Virus record (IMG/VR): IMGVR_UViG_3300045838_000006
Location: 1-60,072 of that record
Origin: a virus
Lineage: Duplodnaviria; Caudoviricetes
Direction: 5' to 3' (one strand)
DNA: 60,072 nt
Under the pieces are notes generated by a model, which searched no databases, was not told the DNA's origin, and saw only the letters and a program-made list of their open reading frames with translations. Below, piece by piece: positions 17,331 through 27,083 of this stretch. How positions within the stretch are numbered: position 1 is the stretch's first letter; each line of letters starts with the position of its first letter. The position numbers and the translations under genes were made by a program.

Positions 17331-17695
17331 AGCGCGTTAATCGCCTTGTCGTATTCGTTCCAATCCACCCCGATCGCTTCGGCGAAAATCCGCTCGATCG
17401 TTGTGGCGATGAAATGCTGTTTCCGGTAAGGGGCTGACGGGTGATCCCCCGGTTCGCCATCCGGGTATTCCGAGCCGTACCAGATATCGAAGGCGTCAAC
17501 CGCTTCCTGCTTGATCCCCGCCGCCCGGCATAGAAGAGCTTCGACCAGCTCGTGAACCGCGAGGCAGGCGTTCATCCGCTCATCCCCAAGGTCTGAGACC
17601 TTGATGGCTAAGTGCTTGAGACCATAGACCCAATCCCCGCACGTCTCGTAACGCTGTTGACAGTGGGGAACGATGCGGATTTCAATGGCGTTCAT
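17327..17695 (-). CDS. Hypothetical protein with HExxE metal-binding motif
   Basis: AVHELVEALL..QHFIATTIER. Confidence 0.75.
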   Translation of the reverse strand: MNAIEIRIVPHCQQRYETCGDWVYGLKHLAIKVSDLGDERMNACLAVHELVEALLCRAAGIKQEAVDAFDIWYGSEYPDGEPGDHPSAPYRKQHFIATTIERIFAEAIGVDWNEYDKAINAL

Positions 17696-17823
17696 GGATG
17701 GTTATTAACCTTCGGGAAACGTAGAGTTGAGCGAGGACGAGTTTGCAAGGACGCTCATCTTAGGAGCGGCAGCGGGTTTATTGGTTGGCCTTAAACCCGC
17801 GATAAGATCGGCGTGGCGCTGGT

Positions 17824-20800
17824 TCACCGAGGCCCGCCAACAGACTGATAAGCCAACGGCGGAGCCAACCGTCTTGCCGCCTCTGCGGCAGCCCTTTGTA
17901 GGAAAGGACGTAACTGAGGCGGCAAATTCGGAACCAACTGGCCGGAATGGGACAAGGGGACACCGGGATCGGTCAGCAGCTTAGAGACCTCGTTTGCCAG
18001 CGCGGGGTTTCGCGACAGCCGGTTATCTTTTTGCAATTCCCGTAGCGCCCGCAAGCCGCTCAATAGCGCACCTGGGATGTTCCCGTGCGCCAGACGCGCA
18101 GCGGCATGTCCGCCGTGAACCGTCATTCCTAACGCGCGATCCAGTCCCGAATCTTCCGCAAGCCGTTCTGCCGTCTGCGAGCCGCCCGTAACGGTGCGGC
18201 CCGTGTTGAACATCGTGCGCTCGTTTTCGATCGCCTGAATGAACCGCTCAGCGGCTTCCGGTGAGCCGATGATGACGCGCAGCTTTTCTCGGGCGGCCTC
18301 GCTGTTGACGATCGCCTTCGATTTGTCGCTCGTCAGCGCGACATTCAACAGATCTTTGCGGGCATCGTCCGCCACGCCAAGGCGGTAAAAGTCCTTTGCC
18401 CCCTCCGGGAGTTTGGCAAGTTGATCGCGCACATCTTCAACGCTGACGGAACGGTTCAGTGCTCGTTGTCCGTCCGTCAGAGCACGGATGCTCTCAGCTC
18501 CACCCGACCAAATCTCGTTCGCCTCTTTGTATTTCGGATTGAGGCGGTAGAGTTCGTCTAGGAGCGTGCGGCGCAATTGATCGACGGCCCGACCTTCTTC
18601 CGTGAGCCTCCAAGGCGGGGTTGTGTGCCGCATGTCGGCAACCATCGCGTCCAGCCCCTTCTTGGCTGCCGCGAGGAGCTTCATGTTCGGAACCGCTCCG
18701 ACGACAGGATCACCGTGCTGATCCATGCCGACGACGGCGTATTCGCTGAGCCGCATCGGTCGGCCTTCGGCGTCGGCAAGATCGCGCTCGATCTGCATCC
18801 CCTTTCGGATGCCGACCTTGACGCGCGGGTTGTCGATGAGGCGCTGAATCGTCGGCGACCATATCGCCCCCGGCGCATTGGCGGAACCATCCTGTTGTGC
18901 CTGCCTGAGACGTTGAAGAGCCGATTGCTCAGCCTGCCGCGCCTCTGCCGCAATTCGCCTTTGTTCGGCGATCTTGGCGCGCGCCGCTTTGGTGGCCTGA
19001 TTGGATGACGATGCCGAGTAGACGTTCCCTGCCTGAGATTGTCGGGCTAGGCTGGCATTCAATTCGTTCTCTAAACGAGCCGCCGTTTGTTCAGCATTCT
19101 TCGCCACGCCCGCAGCCGTGTTCCATTCTTTCTGAAACTGCTTTTCAAGAGGCGCGATGCTCCCGCCGGCAAAGGCTTCCTCGTAGACAGGGGCAGCCGC
19201 CTCAGAACGCTCCTTTGCCAGACCCTCGATCGTGCGTTTGACCGATCCTGTCGGCAGATAACGGGCCAGGATGGCGTCTAAGCGCCGTAGAGCGTCGCCT
19301 TGCCTGCCGGAGAAGAAGGCCCGTATGCGCGCTCCAGCCTCCCCCGTAGCTCGCGAGACGGCACCAGCGAGCCCCTGTAGCTCAGGGATGTCCGCTAGCG
19401 TCATGGGCTGGCCTTCAGACCGCGCTCCGATGATCCGACCGAGGATATCCCCGGCGTTGGCACCTGAACCCGCCGCGCGCTCCGCAAAACGCTGAGACAA
19501 CAGTTGGCGAGCCTGATCCGCTAGGGATCGGATCGGCGGAGAAATCAGCCGAGATAATAATTCACCGCCCGCACCGCCTGCTGTGCCAGCGAGGCCGCCG
19601 AACCCAAGTTGCTTTAGCTTTTCTGCGGCGAAATTACCCTGCGTGACCGGCATCAGGGCATTGGTAGCAGCCCCGCCTATGGCCCCGCCTAACATGGCTG
19701 CGCCGTACCCGCCAGTCGCGGGGATCAGGGCGGCAGCTAGTGGTAACGTACCCAACGCATTCCCGCCAGCGCGCCACCAATCCGTTCCCGTCTCGCCTCT
19801 CGCCTGCCGTTCGGCTTCGATCTGCTGTTCCCGATCGGCTACGGTTTTATCGAAGGATTGCGCCTGTTGGCCCGCTGAAATCTGCGCCATCGCTTCGGGA
19901 GGAAGATACGGTGCGGCAGCAGGATCAACCGCTCCAGCATGAGCGGCGGCTTGTGCTGCTCCTACCCCTACGTCCGCAATACCCGTTCCGATACGCTGCG
20001 GGATAGACGGCGCGGGCGGGGGGATCGGCGGCAGAGGTTGGAAAGCGAACGGCTTGGCTTCTCCCCGAAGCCCCTGCCATTCTTTAATCTGCGTCCCTTG
20101 TGGGATGCCGTGGATCGCAATGGGTACAGTGTCATAACCCATCTCGTCCAACAGACGGAGACGATGCAAGCCGTCGTAATCAGTGACTTTCGCCTTGCCG
20201 TTTTTATCCACGGTCACATCGATGTGCGGCAAATCCATGATCGGTTCGCCTTTACCGATCACGCTCTCTCTTAGCGACTTACCTTTAGCGCGCCCGCCGT
20301 TCTCAGTTGTGTCCGTGTCATCCGGTAATGCCGCGAGCAAGTCAGCGATGTTGGCATTGTAAACGCGGCTGTTGGGAATTTTCTGTTCATGCAACAAAGC
20401 TGAGTCGGCGATCTTCTCACGCGCGCTTGAGGCAGGAGGAGCGTAGAAATCAGGCGCTCCCGCAACCTCGCCAATGATCTTGCTATCGACCGGCAGCTTT
20501 CCGCCTTGTTCATTGCGGATCGTCGCCTCGATCATCTTTGCAAGAGTTTTGGAATCCTTCAAATCAACCGGATCATCGGGGCCAACCCCGACAATCTTAG
20601 ATGCCCGATCAATCAATGCCGCAGTCGGGTTGTTGTCACTTGGGGGCGCCCATCGCGAGACAATCCCCCGAATCGTGTTAAGACCGTGACGGTTTTGATA
20701 GACTTGCAGAAGGCGCGCGATATCGCCGACGCCTTCCTCAGCGCTCCCGTACTCGCGGAACCCCCCGGCATTAGGTCCCGCAACAACACCGGGCTTACGG

Positions 20801-20994
20801 ATGCCGCCAAAATTGAAGTGCTTCGTCTCCCAATTATCTACTTTATCGGGCGCAACACGCGGTTCGCCAGAGACGACCCCAACGTAGGTTCCGCCGCCCG
20901 GCATTTGTTCGCCAACGCGCGGCTTTCCCGCGATGCCTTTGGGGACATCGGGATTAACCGGCTGTAGCGGATCGTTGCCCCAATCGTCGTTCAC
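17824..20994 (-). CDS. Large DNA-ejection (pilot) protein with lysozyme-like and ParB/Srx-like domains
   Basis: Last of three P22-like ejection genes; NFGGIR..GFREY..TIRGIVSRWAPPSDN; YDGLHRL. Confidence 0.75.
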   Translation of the reverse strand: MNDDWGNDPLQPVNPDVPKGIAGKPRVGEQMPGGGTYVGVVSGEPRVAPDKVDNWETKHFNFGGIRKPGVVAGPNAGGFREYGSAEEGVGDIARLLQVYQNRHGLNTIRGIVSRWAPPSDNNPTAALIDRASKIVGVGPDDPVDLKDSKTLAKMIEATIRNEQGGKLPVDSKIIGEVAGAPDFYAPPASSAREKIADSALLHEQKIPNSRVYNANIADLLAALPDDTDTTENGGRAKGKSLRESVIGKGEPIMDLPHIDVTVDKNGKAKVTDYDGLHRLRLLDEMGYDTVPIAIHGIPQGTQIKEWQGLRGEAKPFAFQPLPPIPPPAPSIPQRIGTGIADVGVGAAQAAAHAGAVDPAAAPYLPPEAMAQISAGQQAQSFDKTVADREQQIEAERQARGETGTDWWRAGGNALGTLPLAAALIPATGGYGAAMLGGAIGGAATNALMPVTQGNFAAEKLKQLGFGGLAGTAGGAGGELLSRLISPPIRSLADQARQLLSQRFAERAAGSGANAGDILGRIIGARSEGQPMTLADIPELQGLAGAVSRATGEAGARIRAFFSGRQGDALRRLDAILARYLPTGSVKRTIEGLAKERSEAAAPVYEEAFAGGSIAPLEKQFQKEWNTAAGVAKNAEQTAARLENELNASLARQSQAGNVYSASSSNQATKAARAKIAEQRRIAAEARQAEQSALQRLRQAQQDGSANAPGAIWSPTIQRLIDNPRVKVGIRKGMQIERDLADAEGRPMRLSEYAVVGMDQHGDPVVGAVPNMKLLAAAKKGLDAMVADMRHTTPPWRLTEEGRAVDQLRRTLLDELYRLNPKYKEANEIWSGGAESIRALTDGQRALNRSVSVEDVRDQLAKLPEGAKDFYRLGVADDARKDLLNVALTSDKSKAIVNSEAAREKLRVIIGSPEAAERFIQAIENERTMFNTGRTVTGGSQTAERLAEDSGLDRALGMTVHGGHAAARLAHGNIPGALLSGLRALRELQKDNRLSRNPALANEVSKLLTDPGVPLSHSGQLVPNLPPQLRPFLQRAAAEAARRLAPPLAYQSVGGPR

Positions 20995-22691
20995 GGTTTT
21001 GTCCGGTAATAGCCTTCGGGGTCATTAGGCTTGCGATACTTTGCCCCGCTCGGGAGCGCATCGTATTCTGATTTGGAACTGATAACGGATGCTCCTCCGC
21101 TGGATTGGGTAGGCGCTCCCGTCGTCGCCGGAGCCGCAACACTACTGCCGGGATCTTTACGTTCGCGGAACTCCTCGCGCACCATGCCGGGCGCCTTCGA
21201 GGCCGCTTCCATTTCCTTCATCAACTGGTCGATTGCGGTGCGGAACTGGCCCTTGCTCCACGCCGCATCAAGCAACTGTCGCGCGCGCTCTTGAGCGCCT
21301 TCGGTCGGCGTACCCGTTGGAGTCACAGCTCGGGCATAAGCGTTTAACAGCGAATTGGTTGCGACACTCAAACGAATGACATCTTCCCCGCCCGTGCCTT
21401 TTTCGGCCGCAAGCAGCAGACTATTCAGCGTCGGGAATGACGTGCGATCCACCTTCTCCGAGGCTTGGAGAGCCAGAGGCGCAAAGGTTTTCGCTTCGTT
21501 GAGCGCCATGCCCATCTGAGCGGTGCGGGTTCCCAAGGCTCGTTCACCAGCCTTCAGCCCCTCAAATTCAGCAATCTTCGTCGCAATCTCAGCCCCGGAT
21601 TTTCCCTGTTCGGCCATCATGCGGGCGACTTCGCCACGGAGCTTCACGACGTTTTCGGCTCCCTGAGCACCGCGCCCGAGGTTCTGGAAAACCGTTCGAT
21701 CGCCCGCGAGGTATTGTTCCGCCATCGTATGAAGCGTGCGATCGTCCAGAAGCGCGCCGGCACCCTGCGAAATCTTTGCGGCGCCACCTGGCGTATACGG
21801 CTCGCCCGTCATTGTAGTGGCCTTGGCGGTAGCCGGGTTATAGCGATATTGCTGATTGTTGCTCGGGTCGGTTAGGACTTGCCAAGTACCCTCATCAGTT
21901 TTTGTTCCAACTTTACGAACCGACTTCGGGTCGATCAACTCAACTGTGCCGCCGATCGTCTCATAACGTCCGGTATCTTTGTTAAGGCGAGCAATTTTGG
22001 TGACATCTTTGCCGTTCGCATCGGTAAAGGTAACATCAACCTCATCACCGTATTTCGTGCGATCATCCTGCCGTTCCGCGCGCTTCTCAGCCGTCTGTTC
22101 TTTAAGATACTCGCGGCCCGGCTTCCGGCCCCTTATGATGGCTAGATTGCGCTCTGGATCGAAATCATTCTGTACTTCGCGGTTCCCCATTGCCACCAGA
22201 TCTGACGGCATCCCGGGCCGCGCCGCGAACTTCTGCCAATTCTCGCGGCGCACATCGTTAGCCGCTTTACGAGCGTCTGCGTCGCTTCCGCCTTTGGCCT
22301 TTACATCATCGTAAGCGGCCTGAGCTGGAATGTTGATTTCCTCAAGCGATTCATCGGCTAGTTTGTTCCGCATCTCCATCGCCTGTTTTGCGATGTTTTG
22401 CTGATGGAGGTACTGGTTGCCAATGGCCTCCTGAAACGCGAGAAAGTCCTGCGGGCTCGCCTGCCCGATCTGTGACATCGCCTGTGGTGTCGGCAGCCCC
22501 GTCGTCTGGTTTAAGTTCTGCGGGTTGCCAAGGATCGAGCGGAGCTGCTGATCGGATTGAATGGCTTGCCGTGCGGCTTGCATCTTCAACGCCGCATTCT
22601 GATTTTGCAGCCATTGCCCGATAGAGCCGGGAACATCAATTGGCGCTGGAGCCTTAGGGAGAAGACTCGTCCAGTCCATCATCTGCGGCAT
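20991..22691 (-). CDS. DNA-ejection protein
   Basis: Position; Ala/Gln-rich helical composition. Confidence 0.7.
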   Translation of the reverse strand: MPQMMDWTSLLPKAPAPIDVPGSIGQWLQNQNAALKMQAARQAIQSDQQLRSILGNPQNLNQTTGLPTPQAMSQIGQASPQDFLAFQEAIGNQYLHQQNIAKQAMEMRNKLADESLEEINIPAQAAYDDVKAKGGSDADARKAANDVRRENWQKFAARPGMPSDLVAMGNREVQNDFDPERNLAIIRGRKPGREYLKEQTAEKRAERQDDRTKYGDEVDVTFTDANGKDVTKIARLNKDTGRYETIGGTVELIDPKSVRKVGTKTDEGTWQVLTDPSNNQQYRYNPATAKATTMTGEPYTPGGAAKISQGAGALLDDRTLHTMAEQYLAGDRTVFQNLGRGAQGAENVVKLRGEVARMMAEQGKSGAEIATKIAEFEGLKAGERALGTRTAQMGMALNEAKTFAPLALQASEKVDRTSFPTLNSLLLAAEKGTGGEDVIRLSVATNSLLNAYARAVTPTGTPTEGAQERARQLLDAAWSKGQFRTAIDQLMKEMEAASKAPGMVREEFRERKDPGSSVAAPATTGAPTQSSGGASVISSKSEYDALPSGAKYRKPNDPEGYYRTKP

Positions 22692-24112
22692 TAGTAGCTC
22701 CCGCCGCCAAAGTTGGCACCACCAACATCACCAGCGAACACCGGCCCGGTGCCAAGATAATTCGGGTTCAAAAAGCTGTCTCCGCCAGTAATCGACGCGA
22801 GAAGCCCACTCAAGGCCCCGTTGTTGCCGCCGAACAGGTTATTGATGCTGTTCCCGATACCGGAGAACGGATTGCTGGTTCCGCCACTCCCGCCCATTGG
22901 GATCGTCCCGCTGCCGAACAGATTGTTGATCGCGTTGTTCACGCCCCCGGTAAAAGCGTTTTGCGCGCCGATCTTTCCGGCTGCCAAAGCACTTCCCCCG
23001 AGAATGGCGTTGTTTCCGGCTTGAGTGGCGAAGTTCTGTCCGAACGTACCGAGGTTTCCAGCGGCGTTCTGTCCTGACTGACCGATGTTGCCAAGCACCT
23101 GAGAAATCGTGTTCCGCTGATTGGCAATGTCCTGGTAGCGCTGCGTGTAGTTACCTAGCAGTTGATTATAGATGTTGTTGTTGGCGTTCGCGCCGAGCGT
23201 GTATCGATTCACGTCCGCGTTGTAGAGGTTCCAATAGTTGTTCTTTGCCTGCCCCCAATTGTTGAGAAGGTTATTGTAAATGTTCCAATAGTTCTGCGTA
23301 CCCGTCGCCCAGCGGTTCGCATTCGCGTTGAACACGTTGAACAGGTTGTTTTTTGCTTGCGACCACGAATTGACATCCTGGTTGTAGAAGTTCCACCAGT
23401 CCTGGTTCGCCAGCCCCGCCGCGTTCTGCTGCAAGGCTTGCGCGAGATTGCCCGAGATGCCCTGCCGTCCAACCGCGCTGTTGGTCACAGCGTCTTTCAT
23501 TTGCTCGAGCTGGTATTGATACCCAGGCGATTGAGTGAACTGCGACCGAAGGTTTGGGTCACTCGGAGACGGCGGGGGACCGAGAGTTGTCCCCGTCAGC
23601 GCCAGGAGCGCCGGATCTTCTATCGTTGGAGGCCCAGCTAAACCAAATCCGCCGTTCGCTTGCGCAATCGACGGATCAAACGGCGACGGAGGCCCGCCCA
23701 ATGTCGTATTCGTCAGCGCCAGTCTGTTCGGATCGGCCGCAGCGGGAGGCGGCACACCAAACGGCATCCCCGTCACGTTGCCGATCGTGTTGGTGAGCGA
23801 CTGATCGAGCGGAGAGGGCGGCCCGCCGATCTGTTGAGAAATCGGCTCTAGAAATGGGGTGTCGTTTACACTCCCATCGGGATTCACGCCGTAATACGAG
23901 GCAAGCCGGTTGGCCGCGGTCGTTCCCAATTGCAGGAACGGCAGCATGTTCGCCGAAGTCTGGTTGAAGATGTCCCGCTGAAGCTGCGTCGCTTGCGCTG
24001 CGGCCTGGGCTTGCGTGTTGGCGGCACTCTTGATGGCATCAGCTTGGTTGCTGCCGCCGATGATCGAGCCTATGCCGCCGACCAAACCGCCAATGATACC
24101 GCCAATAGGCAC
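22691..24112 (-). CDS. DNA-transfer protein (P22 gp7-like)
   Basis: Gly-rich N-terminus, AA..Q..AA, PFLQLG, SPGYQYQL. Confidence 0.75.
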   Translation of the reverse strand: MPIGGIIGGLVGGIGSIIGGSNQADAIKSAANTQAQAAAQATQLQRDIFNQTSANMLPFLQLGTTAANRLASYYGVNPDGSVNDTPFLEPISQQIGGPPSPLDQSLTNTIGNVTGMPFGVPPPAAADPNRLALTNTTLGGPPSPFDPSIAQANGGFGLAGPPTIEDPALLALTGTTLGPPPSPSDPNLRSQFTQSPGYQYQLEQMKDAVTNSAVGRQGISGNLAQALQQNAAGLANQDWWNFYNQDVNSWSQAKNNLFNVFNANANRWATGTQNYWNIYNNLLNNWGQAKNNYWNLYNADVNRYTLGANANNNIYNQLLGNYTQRYQDIANQRNTISQVLGNIGQSGQNAAGNLGTFGQNFATQAGNNAILGGSALAAGKIGAQNAFTGGVNNAINNLFGSGTIPMGGSGGTSNPFSGIGNSINNLFGGNNGALSGLLASITGGDSFLNPNYLGTGPVFAGDVGGANFGGGSY

Positions 24113-24174
24113 GGAACTTCACTCCCGCGAAGGGAACAGCGGCGTCTCTCGACGGCGCTTATAAACGGGTGACA

Positions 24175-24543
24175 CTATACCACATTCACCAGCCCAAGTT
24201 CAGTCAGTTCCTCGGGCGTGATCTCGTGCTCCTCTAAGATCGCTACCTTGTCGGCGCTATGGAGCGCGTGGATGCAGTAGAGCACCGTGTTGAGTTCGGT
24301 CGTGAGGAACGAATGCTTCGCGCCCGCCTCGATGAATATCGCTGTCGGGGCCTTATAGACACCGAACGGAATACCGTCCTTCCACGCCTTCACTTCGCCC
24401 GACGCGACAAAGGTATGATGGTTCCACTGGTGACTATGCTGCGGAACCAATGTCCCTGCGTTCGGCAAGGCAATCTGCCGAACATATACCCCATCCGTTA
24501 GATAGAACTCGACCAACTCAGGATCAGGTAGTTTGTGCATCAC
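24175..24543 (-). CDS. Cupin-domain protein
   Basis: PQHSHQWNH..SG..IEAGAKHSF..YCIH. Confidence 0.75.
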   Translation of the reverse strand: MMHKLPDPELVEFYLTDGVYVRQIALPNAGTLVPQHSHQWNHHTFVASGEVKAWKDGIPFGVYKAPTAIFIEAGAKHSFLTTELNTVLYCIHALHSADKVAILEEHEITPEELTELGLVNVV

Positions 24544-26369
24544 TCTATCGCCGCACAGGAGACGTTCTGAATTGAAGCGGTGTGTCCAACGCCGCCCGTC
24601 TGAGCAGCCACGGCAGCATCAATCCAAATCGCCGTGCCCGGCGTTAATCCCGTCGCCACACCAGAAATCGAGAACGGCTGCGTAAATGTCGAACTCGGGG
24701 TATTCGTGAGAAGGGCATTGGCCCCAATGGATGTGCCCGTTGACGCCGCACCGTTCACAGGCGCGGTTCCGGCGCCAAATTTCAGAGCAACAGAAACACC
24801 ATCCCCTGCCGTCGCTTGAACCATATTGCCGTTGATGGCAATCCTTAGAGCGGTTTTCCACAGCGGAGTAATTGTGCAAGTGGAGCCAAGCCCCATCATT
24901 ACGGATGTCGCGGAAGTCGTGCCCGTAGGATTTGACGGAGTACCTTCCAGCGTAGAATCGGCAATCTGCTCAGCGCCAGACCCAGGGCACGTCCCCGTCA
25001 GAACGCCGCCGCGATGCACTAAAGCAGCGGTTCCGGTTGGCGTGCTTCCGGTCCAGCTCCCCGCATTGATGATAACGCCATTGGTGTCCGCGACGCAGGT
25101 GTTCGAGACTGTCCACGTCCCATCGACAGCGATGGGATTGTTGATCTGAATCCGTCCCGCGCCGCTGACACTCAGAAAAGCGGATGCCGTACTGCCCGAG
25201 TTGTTGTCGGTAAAGTGATTGCCGGCAAGAAGATTGGCGGTCGCGTTGTCCCCAACGCTTATGATCGTGCCTGACGGGGTATGGTTGAAGATCGTGTTGG
25301 AGATATCGACGTTGCTATGTTGACCAAGAGAAACAACGGTTACTGAGCTGACCGTAGGCCGCAGCGTGAACCCATTGATCGTGATAAACCCTTTGTCTTT
25401 ACCAATGAACCCGCCCGAGGTTGTCGTGATGTTGACGATCACATTGCCGGGAGTCGAAGTATCTCCGGTGAAGGTCAGGGAGTTTTGTGCAAGGCAATCG
25501 GTCGTCACCGTCGCGGCATTGGTGTATGTGCCGTCCGCGACCAAGACCCCCGTATTTGTGTTCCCCGCATCGACTGCAAAACACGCCAAATCTGCGGCGT
25601 GTTGTATCGTGGCGCACGCCCCAGAACCCGACCCGAGGCAATCGTTACTATCACTTCCTGTGGGGCTGACATTAAACACCGCCCCATTGGCACGCCACCG
25701 ACCCGGCTGGCGCTGAGTGACCCATGCTCCATTGATTAGCTTGAACTCGGTCGTCTGGGTAGGCCAAAGACACGCATTGTTTGCGCCACAAGTCTGCACA
25801 TTCGAGATGGCGAGATCGCTTGGTAGACCGGCCCCGGTGAGCTGCTGTGCGCGCCCGGTATTGGCGTTCTTGACAACGATATCACAGGCCGTGGGGAACC
25901 CTGTAACGGCCGGGACGGTCAGCGTGGTATACGCTCCGGTAAGCTCGACTGTGTTGCCGCAATCCGCCGCAGCCAAGGTGTAGTTGACATTCTGGATGTT
26001 CGGTACTGTTGCCCCAGCAAAGTTGTTGACGTTATCGACCGTCCAGAAGGCATTTGTCGGCGGGTCCGTGTCCGTTGAAGGGGAAAAGACAAGCTTGTAT
26101 GGAACACCGGGAGGCATCCAGATTTGCGCCTCGCCCCGAGAGTTCAATATGATCGGGTTCGCATTCGGCGTTGAGCCGGTGCTGTCGGTGTATGTCGCCA
26201 GCTTAGTGGTCGTCCCGGCCGTATAGCTGAAAACCTTGCAACCGGAGCAGGCGTTCCCGTTGTTGTCCACAAACCTTTGAACCGGCAGAGGCGACAGAAT
26301 GTCGGCAGCGTGGGCAGAGCCGGTTAGTGACAGAAGTGCGATGACGAGCGCAGCGATAACGTGCCGCAA
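24540..26369 (-). CDS. Tailspike/receptor-binding protein with head-binding domain and signal-like N-terminus
   Basis: FVDNNG..YTAGTTT..NPIILNSRGEAQIW..WTVDNV; VSPTGSDSNDC..CATIQHA beta-helix start. Confidence 0.75.
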   Translation of the reverse strand: MRHVIAALVIALLSLTGSAHAADILSPLPVQRFVDNNGNACSGCKVFSYTAGTTTKLATYTDSTGSTPNANPIILNSRGEAQIWMPPGVPYKLVFSPSTDTDPPTNAFWTVDNVNNFAGATVPNIQNVNYTLAAADCGNTVELTGAYTTLTVPAVTGFPTACDIVVKNANTGRAQQLTGAGLPSDLAISNVQTCGANNACLWPTQTTEFKLINGAWVTQRQPGRWRANGAVFNVSPTGSDSNDCLGSGSGACATIQHAADLACFAVDAGNTNTGVLVADGTYTNAATVTTDCLAQNSLTFTGDTSTPGNVIVNITTTSGGFIGKDKGFITINGFTLRPTVSSVTVVSLGQHSNVDISNTIFNHTPSGTIISVGDNATANLLAGNHFTDNNSGSTASAFLSVSGAGRIQINNPIAVDGTWTVSNTCVADTNGVIINAGSWTGSTPTGTAALVHRGGVLTGTCPGSGAEQIADSTLEGTPSNPTGTTSATSVMMGLGSTCTITPLWKTALRIAINGNMVQATAGDGVSVALKFGAGTAPVNGAASTGTSIGANALLTNTPSSTFTQPFSISGVATGLTPGTAIWIDAAVAAQTGGVGHTASIQNVSCAAIE

Positions 26370-26444
26370 CGTGCGACTCCACCAAGGGACAAGCGCGCCT
26401 CACGGCGGGCGGTGACAAAATATAACACCAAATGATTGGTGACG

Positions 26445-27083
26445 CTACGCGATCCGAAACGCGCTGATCGTCGAATCCTTGCCGGCACCACTACCGTTCG
26501 CCAGGATTTTGCCGTTGGTGCTGAGCCAATCTCCAGCGGAGATTCGCAGATTGCCTGCCGGGTTGGCGATGAACCCGGACAACGGTACGACACAAGCCCG
26601 GTTTACCGCGCAATTCACCTGGGCACTATCAATGACGGTCGTACCATCCCACAGCTTCACATTGTACGCATCGACCGAGGTGGAAAAGAGCGTCACCTTG
26701 CCGGAGACCCACCACGTCCCGCTTGTCCCTTGGGCTATTGAGGGACCATCAAAAAACTTGTTGGTGTCGGTTAAAAGAACATCGGCAGCGAGGGAATTGG
26801 TGATCGGCGATCCCAATCCTGAGATATCGGCAACACTGAGCTGCCCCACCGTAACCGCGGCCCCGTGTGCGTTTTGCCGGAGAACCTGATGCGGCCCCCC
26901 GGTCCCCGACAAATCCGATCCAGTTCCACCAGAGGAAAGCCCTAGAATGCCACTAACGGCGATGCCGGCCGTGCGAAGCGCTTGATAGAGCGATTCCCAA
27001 TAGCGATACCATGAAAAGGCAGCGACCTGACCGCCGGTCCATAGCGGTGTCCCGGAGGGCGGCGGCTGGATGGCAGAGGGCAT
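26445..27083 (-). CDS. Putative tail needle/fibre protein
   Basis: Follows the gp10-like gene; WYRYW N-terminus; SSGGTG motif. Confidence 0.6.
   Translation of the reverse strand: MPSAIQPPPSGTPLWTGGQVAAFSWYRYWESLYQALRTAGIAVSGILGLSSGGTGSDLSGTGGPHQVLRQNAHGAAVTVGQLSVADISGLGSPITNSLAADVLLTDTNKFFDGPSIAQGTSGTWWVSGKVTLFSTSVDAYNVKLWDGTTVIDSAQVNCAVNRACVVPLSGFIANPAGNLRISAGDWLSTNGKILANGSGAGKDSTISAFRIA

Noticed and set aside
24540-26369. Diversity-generating retroelement acting on the receptor-binding gene
   Set aside because: I saw no reverse transcriptase and no template/variable repeat pair.
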